Origin: Ylistrum balloti | Taxonomy: Eukaryota | Length of the DNA: 64,000 bases | Direction of reading: 5' to 3' | NCBI RefSeq assembly: GCF_031769215.1 | Contig: NW_026782798.1 | Coordinates: 186,001 to 250,000, forward strand | Part shown: piece after piece, positions 28,479 to 39,755 of the stretch | How positions within the stretch are numbered: the stretch's first letter is position 1 | Layout of the letters: each line of letters begins with the position of its first letter | Translations under genes and position numbers: made by a program | Notes under the pieces: model-generated | Databases searched by the model: none | What the model was told of the DNA's origin: nothing | Seen by the model: only the letters and a program-made list of their open reading frames with translations

Positions 28479-31126
28479 GCATAACTATTAACGACAGTTG
28501 CCCCAAAACTGCTTTTCATTCATCGTTTTGAAATGTTGAACATAATTGACTTCAAAACAAATTAGTCAAGCAGATTTTGATAGATACCATTTTATTAATA
28601 TATATAAAATGCCATGCTTCAGTGTTTCTGACGACCGTGAACACGTCATCCAAAAGAATTTCCTTGCCAACACTCCTTCACTTTCATATGAGTTATAAGT
28701 ATAAAAGTCGTGAACCGTGAACATTCATGGTTGCCTTGTGAATTGCTTTTTCAAATTCTGTACGTAAAAATTCGTTTTTTCTATTCATCGTAAATTGACT
28801 AGTATACGATAACGGCCCTATTTGATGTCTGTCAGCCTATGAAAAAATTCGGCTTGGACAAAACGAAAGGATCACGAGGCTCTTGAAACTGCAATTTACT
28901 ACACAAAAGGCATGATTTTATGAATGAAATTTGTGAAGAAAAATGTTCATAAAAGATGTTTAAAGTGATTTCTTACCCATTGATTAAAAAGGACTCAAAA
29001 GTATGGCAACACTGTCTATAAATTAGCTGATACAGACCTAATATTACTCACCAAGGAAACTAAACTATAAGAGGTAGCATAATCGTGTAGTCATTTTCAT
29101 CCCCATCAAACACTTCTTTCACAAATTACTGCCTGTTTACAATGTCTGTCGTGATAGCCCAAGGCCTGGTAGTCTTTAAACTGCTTTAAAGTATACATAG
29201 CTATTGCAGAGCATCCATTGATCTTTGATTGGGTAGTTTTTCCCAATCACCAATCATTGTATTGCCTTTATTACTCTAGGGTTTGGCAAATGAGCCGAAG
29301 CAGAAAATGAAGTTTATAAGTACAATTTAGAAGTTCATCAATGGTGTATTAAGAATCTATATCTGTTTGAACAGTATCTTAATCAGAGCTTCACATTGAG
29401 ATGATCATTGAGATGTATTTTCGAGATATTCACAAAGTTAATTTTATCTGTGTAGGATGTCAAACTTTGCTGTACAGCTAAAACCAACACAATGACATTG
29501 TAAAAGTAACAAAATAGCAAGTATGACAAGACATCATCTGCATGAGCACAAAATTTCTTGATGTATATATATGAACTCACAGTCAAATCAGTTAATGCTT
29601 TGTTCCTGTTAAAGTAAATATACTGAAATTGAAGTAAGTAAACTTGTGTCATTGTGATTGTTAGGTTTCATAAGATGAAATCTAACAGTCACAAAGATAT
29701 ATCAGTACACATCGTCAATTTCAACACCTTGAAACTATCTGTGAATGAAAATCTCAACCTACGATAGAAAACCTTTGACAGTGCAAGCTGTCAATTCATT
29801 TTTTAATCTTGGGTTCAAAGTAAGGTACAGTCCATTTTTTACCAGTCTTCAGAGCTATTCAAAAGCTTAGAAAGAGAGACAAACCACACATACAGTTCAA
29901 AAACATCATTGCACTGATGTATAATTTAATTCCCTGAAGACACGTACAGAACAGACAAATAGTCAGCAGGTCAGTTCATTCCCTATCATATGTCTGGCTT
30001 AAGACCTCAGGGATAGGGTTCAAACTCAATACTGACCCCTCCTTTTTCAAGAGATGTCTACTCAAAGAAGAGCAAAGACCAGAGAGTATATTTTGAAGTA
30101 CAAGTAGTTTTGACAAATCTAGATTGACTAACATTTTGTGAAACTCCGGAAGATCGTTTAAGACACAAAGAGTTTGAAATATTGAAAAGTATCACAGCCT
30201 TGAATGCTATTTTAAGAAACGACAGGACCATTTCATGAAAAATGAATAAGCCTCTTAGAGTGTTCTAAATTTGAACCAGAAAGAACAATGATTACTTCAA
30301 GTGGTCTCCCCTGAAATGAGACTCCATTGTGCTAATTAAGGGACAAGCAAAGGCAGTCAATTACCCATGACCCAGCCTTAATTCATAGAAGGCTGGTTTA
30401 ATTTTTGCTGAAACTGCAAATGTGTGTGGGCTTATTACCAGACAGGGGCTTATTACTAAACATGGGCTTATTGCAAGATAAATCTAGTAACTGATAAAAT
30501 AGGCACACCTGCAAAATGTAATAAAACAAGAAAACGACAATTATGATAATATACCACCTACAATGGACAATAAAACTACTCTGTACAACAAAGTCCACGG
30601 CTAGTAAGAAAACTATACACAATATGTCAACGTTAGTAATAATGACAGTACTATTAGGAAGTACAGCTGTTCATCTATCAGAAATATGGAAGACGACGAA
30701 GAAAATGCCAAGAAAGTGACTGATCCCCTCAGGTGACCTTGTGTGACAATAAGAACAGCTGAATACTAATACCTGTATATCCAACAGTCGTTAATTACAA
30801 GTTACCTGAGTACATAGGTACAACTTAGAGTCACGTCTGTTTGTACACCTGAAGCCAGAATTGTCTATACAGCTTCCTAAAGTACATGGAAACCTTTCAG
30901 ATGGAAAATCATTTAATCTTCTTATTACTGTGAAATTGACTGACAAAAATATCATCAATTTTTTTCCATAATTTTGAATGTTTTCCTGAATTTCCAAGTT
31001 TGTAATTATGTCAACAAATGTGTCCTAAGTTTGTCTTAAGTTTCTGAATGGCCACAGCCTTTAGCTGAAATCAATAAGTAAGGCTGCGTTTCTAATCTTG
31101 TCGTAATGTTCAAAAGTATTTTCCTG

Positions 31127-31132
31127 ACTTAC
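31127..31132 (-). other. Splice donor of the KIF26-like exon
   Basis: AAG|GTAAGT is a perfect consensus. Composition drops back to AT-rich just downstream. Confidence 0.85.
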
Positions 31133-32080
31133 CTTGATAACAGGGCTGATTCGATTTCCCTCTGGGCAGAGCAAACGGAAGGCTTGGCGCTTAAAGTGGA
31201 TCAGACAGTTATTACAATGTTGACAGTACCCTCCTCCGCGGGGACCTGACCTCTCCCCTCGCCCCGTTGGGGGTAGGTGAACCACAACCCTGTCATATAT
31301 CCCTGGGGCATATTTAGAGCTGACTCCTTTACCCGACGGTGGGGTTGAACACACAAATGAATTCTCATAGACTCCACTTGGACGTTTGGCTGGGGTCACA
31401 TCTGAAGATGGGGACAAGGCACGTCTCTCCTGAGACGGAGGTGAGCGACAACGGGAGGGGCCACGATCACTTAAGGGTGACATTCCCCTTTGTGGGCCCC
31501 TGTCTTTGGGAGGAGATTTACACCTTTGGGGATCATTATCACTTTCAGGTGATAAACACCTTTGTTGATATTTCCCACTAGGTGGCGACATGCACCTTTG
31601 TAGACCTCTTTCGTGCGGAGGAGATTTACACCTTTGGGGGTTGCGATCACTTTCAGGCGACAGACATCTTTGTTGATTCCTCGCACTTGGTGGAGACATA
31701 CACCTTTGCATACTCCGATCACTGACTGGAGATGCAGGCCGACCAAAAACAAACGACAACTCTGTCGCAGATTCATCTGTAAACTTAACCTGGCCTCCGT
31801 CAGTAAGTGGCGAGAATGTTCCACGAATGGGATAATCCATGATATCGTGATCCTGGGGGGCTGAGTAATCCATACAAATATCCTCACCGTTGTGGAGTGA
31901 TGGCCCCCCTCGTTTGACCCAATCTGATCCTTCTTTAATGGCTCGAAGCTCTTTCACTGTAGCAGATTTTTGGGATCTTTCTGGAGACGGTGTTGGTAAC
32001 TTTCGGATTTTTGCCTCCCCACCAAACATGTGTACCGCAGTCTTTACACTAACTGTCTCTGTGTAACCATCTTTGTCATT
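31133..32080 (-). CDS. KIF26: Internal coding exon (316 aa, phase 0/0) of a kinesin-11 / KIF26-like gene; N-terminal non-motor region
   Basis: Open frame from acceptor ttttttcgtttcttttgtaatttcag|AAT GAC AAA (NDKDGYTETVSVKTAVHMFGG...) to donor ATC AAG|GTAAGT (...RISPVIK), with GC content well above the flanks. It ends with YCQHCNNCLIHFKRQAFRLLCPEG, resembling the N-terminal motifs I recall for human KIF26A (CRHCHTKLVELKRQAWKL) and KIF26B (CENCNARLVELKRQALRLLLP). No motor-domain exon was found in the window, so the identity rests on this one motif. Confidence 0.75.
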
Positions 32081-32106
32081 CTGAAATTACAAAAGAAACG
32101 AAAAAA
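32081..32106 (-). other. Splice acceptor of the KIF26-like exon
   Basis: Minus strand reads ttttttcgtttcttttgtaatttcag, a long pyrimidine tract ending in CAG, directly upstream of the open frame. Confidence 0.8.
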
Positions 32107-35100
32107 ATTTAAAAGTGTAACCTCGCACCTTCATTTCAAATATTTGAATATATTACATATGATTGAAGTAATACTTGCTACTTGCCATCTGTCAGGTAAG
32201 GATCTGGCATTTTAAAGAGGACTGGTATAATTGACTAATGGAAATATTAACTGGTAAAGGGAAATGAGTGTTGTTGTAACATTAGGGGTGAGTACATCAC
32301 TGATCAAGGGCATTAACTCACAATAGTGCGTAATGAATTCGCCAATAAAATATCAAAACTCAAAATTTGATATTAATCAAGTTTATACAATTAGGTGAAT
32401 TTTGATTGTAAATCACATCAAGGTAGTTCCAAAACAAAATTTAGTTTCAGTTATTTCTTATTATGTGAATTAAGAAGAAGAATATGGGAAAAAATATTGA
32501 AATTTGTACTATATGGCCAAAGTCTTTTTCATGTAGGTAATTTGTCTTTCTGACACCCTGATTTAACAGACATCTTGTCAAGTGAGGTGTCACTGTCTCA
32601 CCTGAGAAATGTCACCTGTATTCATTATGAAGAAATATATACTTGGGCCCATTATATATCACGGTATAAAAAATAAAAACTGACATTCTGGTTTTGACAA
32701 TGTTTGTTTTGGAGGGAAAAGCACTGTTTATATTCCAAACAGCAAGGTGTCAAATCTGTAAGGACCTGCTTGTTTTTATGGGGATTTTACATGTATGTAT
32801 TTACCAGTATGGTTTAAATTGTCATTAAAGCCACATATATATCATGAATAAAAACTCATCTCTCATAACTGCACTAAATTCTGAAGCATTTCAAAAGATA
32901 ATGACAATGACTATTTCAACATTCTTTTAATTATTTTTTATTTAATTCCTATCTGACAAGTTCTTCAAATGCTATAGAAAATACATTCATTGTAAATCTA
33001 TTTTGAAATAATTCACAATATCACCCACTTAAGTCCTGATAGATCAAACTATTGTATTGTTTTATAATTTAATTAACGTAGTGTTCATATTTGATTTAAT
33101 TGTTACCCATGTAAATAAATATTTTTAAAAATTTGATCTTTTAAAACATATGAATTGACTGTCACAGCATTGTTTTCATCAAACATCCAACCCCTTAATG
33201 AAATTCCACAATTAAACAAAAAACATCGTTAACATGTTTGAACTAATTATCTGATGGACATTATGAGCTGATAAATCCTATGATCCATGAAGTTATGAAG
33301 CGACTCTGTTAACTAACTTACGTAATTACGGTATTGTGTGGGGTAATCTATTTCACTGATCTCCCCGATCAAGTCCCTGTAGTTTGGAATGTCTGAACCT
33401 TTTTTTCTAATCATACATACACTGGTTTCAGATTTTAAAAATGTCAAAGTCTATATATATCTATATATACCTCGTACATGGATACAGGCTATAGCACATG
33501 GGGAGTGGACTGGAAAATCTTTACATGGCATCATTTTTTGGGGTTATTAAGGAACTTGACAGAATCCATTTAAACAAGAAGTTTTATTTAGAAGGGATAT
33601 GCACCGTGGGCTTAGTTAACAATAATAGCATGTATTTAAAACTAATAAGGGGTAAATGATATTGTGAAACAGTGTTGAAATGATATATCTACATCAATTG
33701 TTTTGCAATAGACAACACCCGGTGGAGTCAGATAAGACAGACAATCACACAGACATAGGGCGAAGTCTGGGCACTGATAAGTGTTTAGTTCAGGTATACA
33801 ACGTACTTTAAGGTTACAAGGGTCTCCAAACACATCATTCAAAATTGCACCCAAAATGCATTCATTGCTTTAAATACATTGTGTATATCTGACAGAAGGA
33901 TCAATGCAATCGGTTACACGTACAAAAAAAGTTAAACAATATAATATAAGACATTGCAATTTCGGTAAACTTTGACTGTGCCAAATTGCCAAATCTGCTG
34001 AGCTTTGCGAAATTTAATTGGCAGAAGTATTTTTGCGTATTTTTTTCTTTTTTTTTTCCAAATCAAAATGTGGCAAGAAATTTTAATGAATTTTCTTAAT
34101 CATATAATTTTCTAATAGAGTGCATCGAAACCCATTAAAGTACAACTGCTTTTTATATGGTGTCAATATCAAATGCAGTCATTTCACAAGTTTGAAGGAA
34201 ATTGATCAAATTACGAATCTTAGATAGCCGATTTGGCTACTGACTGTTATTAGGAAACATTACAGATTTGTTATCCCCGGACTTGAGTACAATCAGCCAT
34301 TTACTGTAACAAAGGAAAATCCTACGGCTTAAATTCACATCAGCGAACATTTATCATAGTAGATCATTACGCCTAGCCTTTCTCATCAACATTGGACCAA
34401 AAAGCCACAATACCAGCAATCTATTTTTTGTATACGACCATTTTCCTCTGTTAATCTTCAAGCTGGGAGTCATTAATGAATATCTTCATCAGTAATTTCA
34501 TTTTCTTCAATGTACTTTAATTTGTCGCAATGATTACTTGCCGGTTTCACACCTCAGTTCCGATAATTAAAAGAAATCTACAATCTGCCATCTCGGTATA
34601 ATTGGTTGGGTCATATTCGTTCTATCACGTTTTTTTGGTCAAAACCATACCGTCACCTATCCTAACATTGTAGCCCAGAGGCTTGGTTTAGCACCTTTAA
34701 CGTCAAAACCCATCTGCATCGCCAATTCAAAACAATATTTTCCATTCGAGCAATTCAGCGATTTGTCTCATAAATCTGTTTGTGTTGTGTTCCTTGTTAC
34801 TGTTTATGTCCAAGTTTTCACCAGGGCGATTGTTCCATGCTGTACATCACTTAGTAAAACCATCCCCTCCAGATGTATCCATGTACTTTAATACTTAAAA
34901 CTGATTAATTTATCAAAAATGAATTAGAAAATTTAAATGTGCTAATTAATTGTTCAACATCATAATGAAATCCTGCTAATTTATAATTTAATGCCAAAAT
35001 TAGAAATTTCCATTACTTTTTGAGACAATGAAATGAGTTATTCTTTATAATTCTTTGAAGAAACTGATTTTGAAAAGTACATGTGAGGAAGTTTTTCTGT

Positions 35101-35310
35101 CCAAACAGTTTACTTTATTTCAGATTTAAAGCAGAGTGTTTTTTTAAATCAATCAAACTTTCAATATTGTCTTGTTTACCACAATCCATTGTCTTTTATA
35201 AGTAAACTAATTCTTCAAAAGGAAAATAAAAGCCATCAGTAAAAGGAGATATCAATGATACAGAAAATAGATAGAATAGTGTAGGGACAAGAAAAGACCG
35301 CATTGATTGA

Positions 35311-35334
35311 GGGGGAGGGAGGATGGGGAGGGGG
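35311..35334 (+). other. Canonical G-quadruplex-forming sequence
   Basis: GGGGG A GGG AGGAT GGGG A GGGGG: four G-tracts with short loops. A weaker candidate lies at 14326-14369. Confidence 0.6.
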
Positions 35335-38245
35335 ATATCAACAATATGTAGATATTGTATTATATAGGTCACTACAAAGTGTCTCTGTATTGTGAAATTA
35401 TTTCTTTGTAACTTGATTCCCACTCAGAGACCTACAACTTCAAACTCTTTCAACATCTATATTTATGATATCTGTGAATCTTCATTCTAACACAACACCA
35501 CCTTGTGTATATACTATGATACATCAAAGCCATCATGAAACACAGATTCTGGTCCTAACTGGATTTTCTTTGCTGATATATACCATATTGAACTATTATC
35601 TTACTGTTCAGGTCAACTTGAGGAGATTTGATAAAAACACCCGACCCTAATTGTTTAATCTTGAATGTCAAACGTTCACAGGACTAAGACATTAGACATT
35701 TCGCGTTACATCAGAGGTTTTGTTTGCAGTCTGTCTGATGTTATGGAGTGTCTGTCTGAAGTCCTCATCGAACCACTTAACCAACTTCATTTGAAATCTA
35801 ATCTACCCTTCTGTGTGCCATAGAACAAAGAAAACATTAATTGTTGGTCAACAAATTACATTTTATAATCAGAGAATAAATAGATGTATATCATTTACTT
35901 ACCTAAGGCCTGAAGTGTTATCATACCTATATAGACAAGTACGCCCTAACTACACACATATATCCATTCTTTACAAGTCTTTCATCTTCCCTGAGCTGAT
36001 AACTATGATCTAGGTCAAAGAGATGCTTCTTTCATTAGGACTAAGATTACTATGGAAAACAAAGCGATATCAAACCACATAGCATTTGTTTTACACAAGA
36101 ATAATAGAGTCTTACATGTCATAAACAACACGCATGCAGTTATCTGGCCAGCCTCAAACAGTTTATTTGATAGATGATTTATTTCCGTATTAGCTATCAA
36201 TGCAAAGAGTTGTATCGAACAAGATGGTCATATTCTCCAATCAGAATTTGTTATACATCAGTTACGTATTTGAAGAAAAATAAATATCCACATTTTATGT
36301 ATATTTCGATTCTATTAGAAATATGTATCCATTCCAGTTGCCTTTTGATTTTTACCCATCATGCCAAGAGCCAAAACCATTACCTTCAGAATCATAACAT
36401 TCGACAGTTCTAATATGCTTTCGAACAAATTTCTAAAGAATACAAAACATACTTGAAACCAAATATCACAGAAAAAAAGAAGAAAAAAAATTAATGTTTC
36501 ATCAATTAGCTTTAGAGAATTTAGAAGTACAACCTATAATTATACAAGGGTTAATTTGTGAGTGGAGATCTCTAATGATCCCAAAATAGTCTACTTAGGA
36601 TTTTAACGAAATTTTAGTCAGAAAGAAAATGTCATTTATAAAAAGTGATAGCTAATGCCTAATGTATCAGGATCTTCTGTCAGTAGAATTCAAATATTCT
36701 CAACATTTTCGATTAATCAATGTCTGCCATTATAATGCGAGTCTCTAAATTCCCTCTCAGGTTTTTAGGGTCTGAGTTCTCATTCCCTAATACATAGGGA
36801 AATAAACACCCTGTGTCCCCTTTCAGGGAACACCTACTGAGCCCCACTAATGCCTTAAACATCTTTCGGGTTAAACCCCTACCCGTTTGTAAAGTCACAA
36901 TAAACCGCTATTACTTGTCAAGATGTTTCCAAATCACCATTACAACATGAGTAATTACTTCGGCACATGATGATTACAAATTTTTTTTGTACTCCTCCTA
37001 TCATCGAAAAAGGGAGAAAGCATTCCAACCGATGAAATCTCCAATATTTTTATTGATGTTTTCAGACAGACAGCAAATCACTCAACACAAGGCTGCCTCA
37101 TATAAGCTGCGAATACAATTTATGTTAAATTTTCCTGACATGCCACGTAATTTTTAATACATATATACAAAGAAAAATTTCAATTAATGAAAAACTGTGC
37201 TAACAAAAGTACTGAAAAGTGTCTGAGAATCTTATATCCTCTCTAATCTGGCAAAATTGTTATACTTTTTCAAATGGATCACTATAAAATGAGACTTGTG
37301 TATTCTGACAACCTTTGTATTCATACAACTATTTTGTATTCAGATGTATGTCAGATAAAACAGTTTAAATGAACAAGAAAATCTTCCTTACATTAAACCG
37401 ATATTTTTCATATTGTGATATGAGACAGATGGACAGAAAGACAGATGTAAATCAGATACAGATTCATAGAAATAGTTTGTTTTAAGAGAAAAAACAGGAG
37501 TTGCAATTCATACAAGTATGAAAAATATCGAATTTGTTTCAATAAAACAATCAATATATTTGGAGTACTTTATACAAACTTAAGGATAACTAATGTTAGA
37601 TTGAGAGGATTTGTATCCTAGCTACAACAAGCTCTAAAGTATGTAATTTTATGTCTTTTTCTTGTCAACTTACATGTAAAACTCAGGCATAATTTATTCT
37701 AAACATTCATTAGTAAAAATCATAAAACCTCGTTTACTTATCCATAAAAAATTCAGATTTCTTGACACTTTATTAACTTGTAACACCCTACACCAGGGCA
37801 TGTTGTTGACACCATAGTTATTTATGTATGTTAATCTTACTGAGAAGTATATTATACAATACTGTATAAAAATCATAGTTTTATTCAAATGTAAGAGTGC
37901 TATTATTTTCCTCTTGTCATCTGATTGATATATAAAGTCTACAATTTCATTTTACCTGCTAAAAGTGTCAAATGACCCCATTCTGGTGTCACTTGTTTGG
38001 GTCAAGATCACATGATTACAGTGTATGACAAGGTGAAGGTCAACTAATATACAATGTTTATTTATAAACACAAAAATGTCTAGTTGCTGAAGTGGTGCTA
38101 AACAATGAAGTTTTTGTTGTTACTGATAATGCAATCTCACTTCAAAATTAAAACCTTTCCTTTAATTTTAGATCAAATTGTTTGCAATTTTGGGAGTTTT
38201 TTTTTCAGAATTTCCTGAAAAATAAAAAGTGGGGGGTAGGGGGGG

Positions 38246-38497
38246 GGGCTAGTATAGTTCAGTCAGAGCACTGGCCTCTATAATTTCAGATGGTGGTTCA
38301 ATTGTCCCTACCCATGGCAGAGTGAGTTTCTTAAGAAGCCAAAAAACAGACCAGTCTATGCTGGTGTGGTTGTGTACTTGGCCAAGACACTTAACCCTAA
38401 TTGCTTTGAAAGGCCTCCCATATATTGTTCAGTGAAGTAGCCACCATCTACTAATATAAGATTCTTATGTTCATGAAGTGATAAACCCAACAAACAG
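38246..38497 (+). mobile_element. tRNA-derived SINE with a CORE-like central domain (decayed)
   Basis: A-box-like tagttcagtcagagca (38255-38270), B-box-like ggttcaatt (38295-38303), central gtgtacttggccaagacacttaaccctaattgc (38372-38404, similar to CORE-SINE GTG.CCTTGGGCAAG.CACTTAACC), and tail aaacccaacaaaca. Confidence 0.65.
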
Positions 38498-39199
38498 AGA
38501 AATAATCCAGAAATGCAAATTTTGGGGATTTTTCACCAAAACAATTTCAATTAAACATTCAAAATTTCAATGGGACTGTTGAATCCCAACACAACTTTTC
38601 ATTTTTGTTTCAACATACTAGTAATTGAATTTTTCAACCAAGATTTCCATAACAACTGAACCAAAACATAGTTGATTAGATTTCAAAATTAACAAATAAT
38701 ACAATGTGAATGCATCCCAATAGTTACACCATTAGTGTTTATATAAGTCTCAAAGAGCAAGTTGTGGTCTGTAGTTATAGAATCTGGAGCCTTTAGGCCA
38801 AACACTGTCATTCAACATCAATGTCATTGTATTCGTTTAAAGGAGTCTTTCCCAATCAGGTTTTGTCCATTTCAGAATTTATAGTTATAGGGCCTATGCT
38901 CACATCCAATTTTTGTGATTCTTTGTTCCCCGCTTTAATCCTGTTCCATTAATTACCATTGGAAATCTTTTGTTTCCTCCACAAAATCCTGAAACCACAT
39001 CACAGATATATGACCCCCCCCCCTAAATGGACAAGTCATTCCAAACAAACTGCCACTAAAAACACAACAAACATCTAGCTTTTAATCAGGTCTCAGGAGG
39101 GTTCAGTCATAGTCGACCAACTGGCATGTATTATGTTATACTTTTGAAAAAAGGCTTAAATATTGCAAAACAAAATACTATCTATCTTTCACTTTACCA

Positions 39200-39755
39200 T
39201 TTACCCTTATTCCCTCCTTCTTCCCTTTTATATTCATCCCCTTCCTTCTTCTCACCCTTTAACCTTCCTTCCCTCCTTCTTCCCTTTTATATTCATCCCC
39301 TTCCTTCTTCTCACCCTTTAACCTTCCTTCCCTCCTTCTTTCCTTTTATATTCATCCCCTTCCCTCTTCTTTCCCTTTAACCTTCCTTCCCTCCTCCTTC
39401 CCTTTTATGTTCATCCCCTTCTCTTCACCTTTTACCTTTCTCCCCTCCTTCCCTTTTATGTTCATCCCTTTCTCTTCACCTTTTACCTTTCTCCCCTCCT
39501 TCCCTTGTATGTTCATCCCCTTCTCTTCACCTTTTACCTTTCTCCCCTCCTTCCCTTTTATGTTCATCCCTTTCTCTTCACCTTTTACCTTTCTCCCCTC
39601 CTTCCCTTTTATGTTCATCCCTTTCTCTTCACCTTTTACCTTTCTCCCCTCCTTCCCTTGTATGTTCATCCCCTTCTCTTCACCTTTTACCTTTCTCCCC
39701 TCCTTCCCTTTTATGTTCATCCCTTTCTCTTCACCTTTTACCTTCCTTCCCTCCT
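39200..39755. repeat. 51-bp polypyrimidine/polypurine minisatellite, ~10 copies
   Basis: Unit ttcccttttatgttcatccctttctcttcaccttttacctttctcccctcc. Source of the 17-aa-periodic ORFs 39352-39720, 39407-39823 and 39505-39819. Confidence 0.95.

Noticed and set aside
30686-30732. + strand MEDDEENAKKVTDPL ending at CAG|GTGACC
   Set aside because: Short, with a mediocre donor and no supporting downstream exons.
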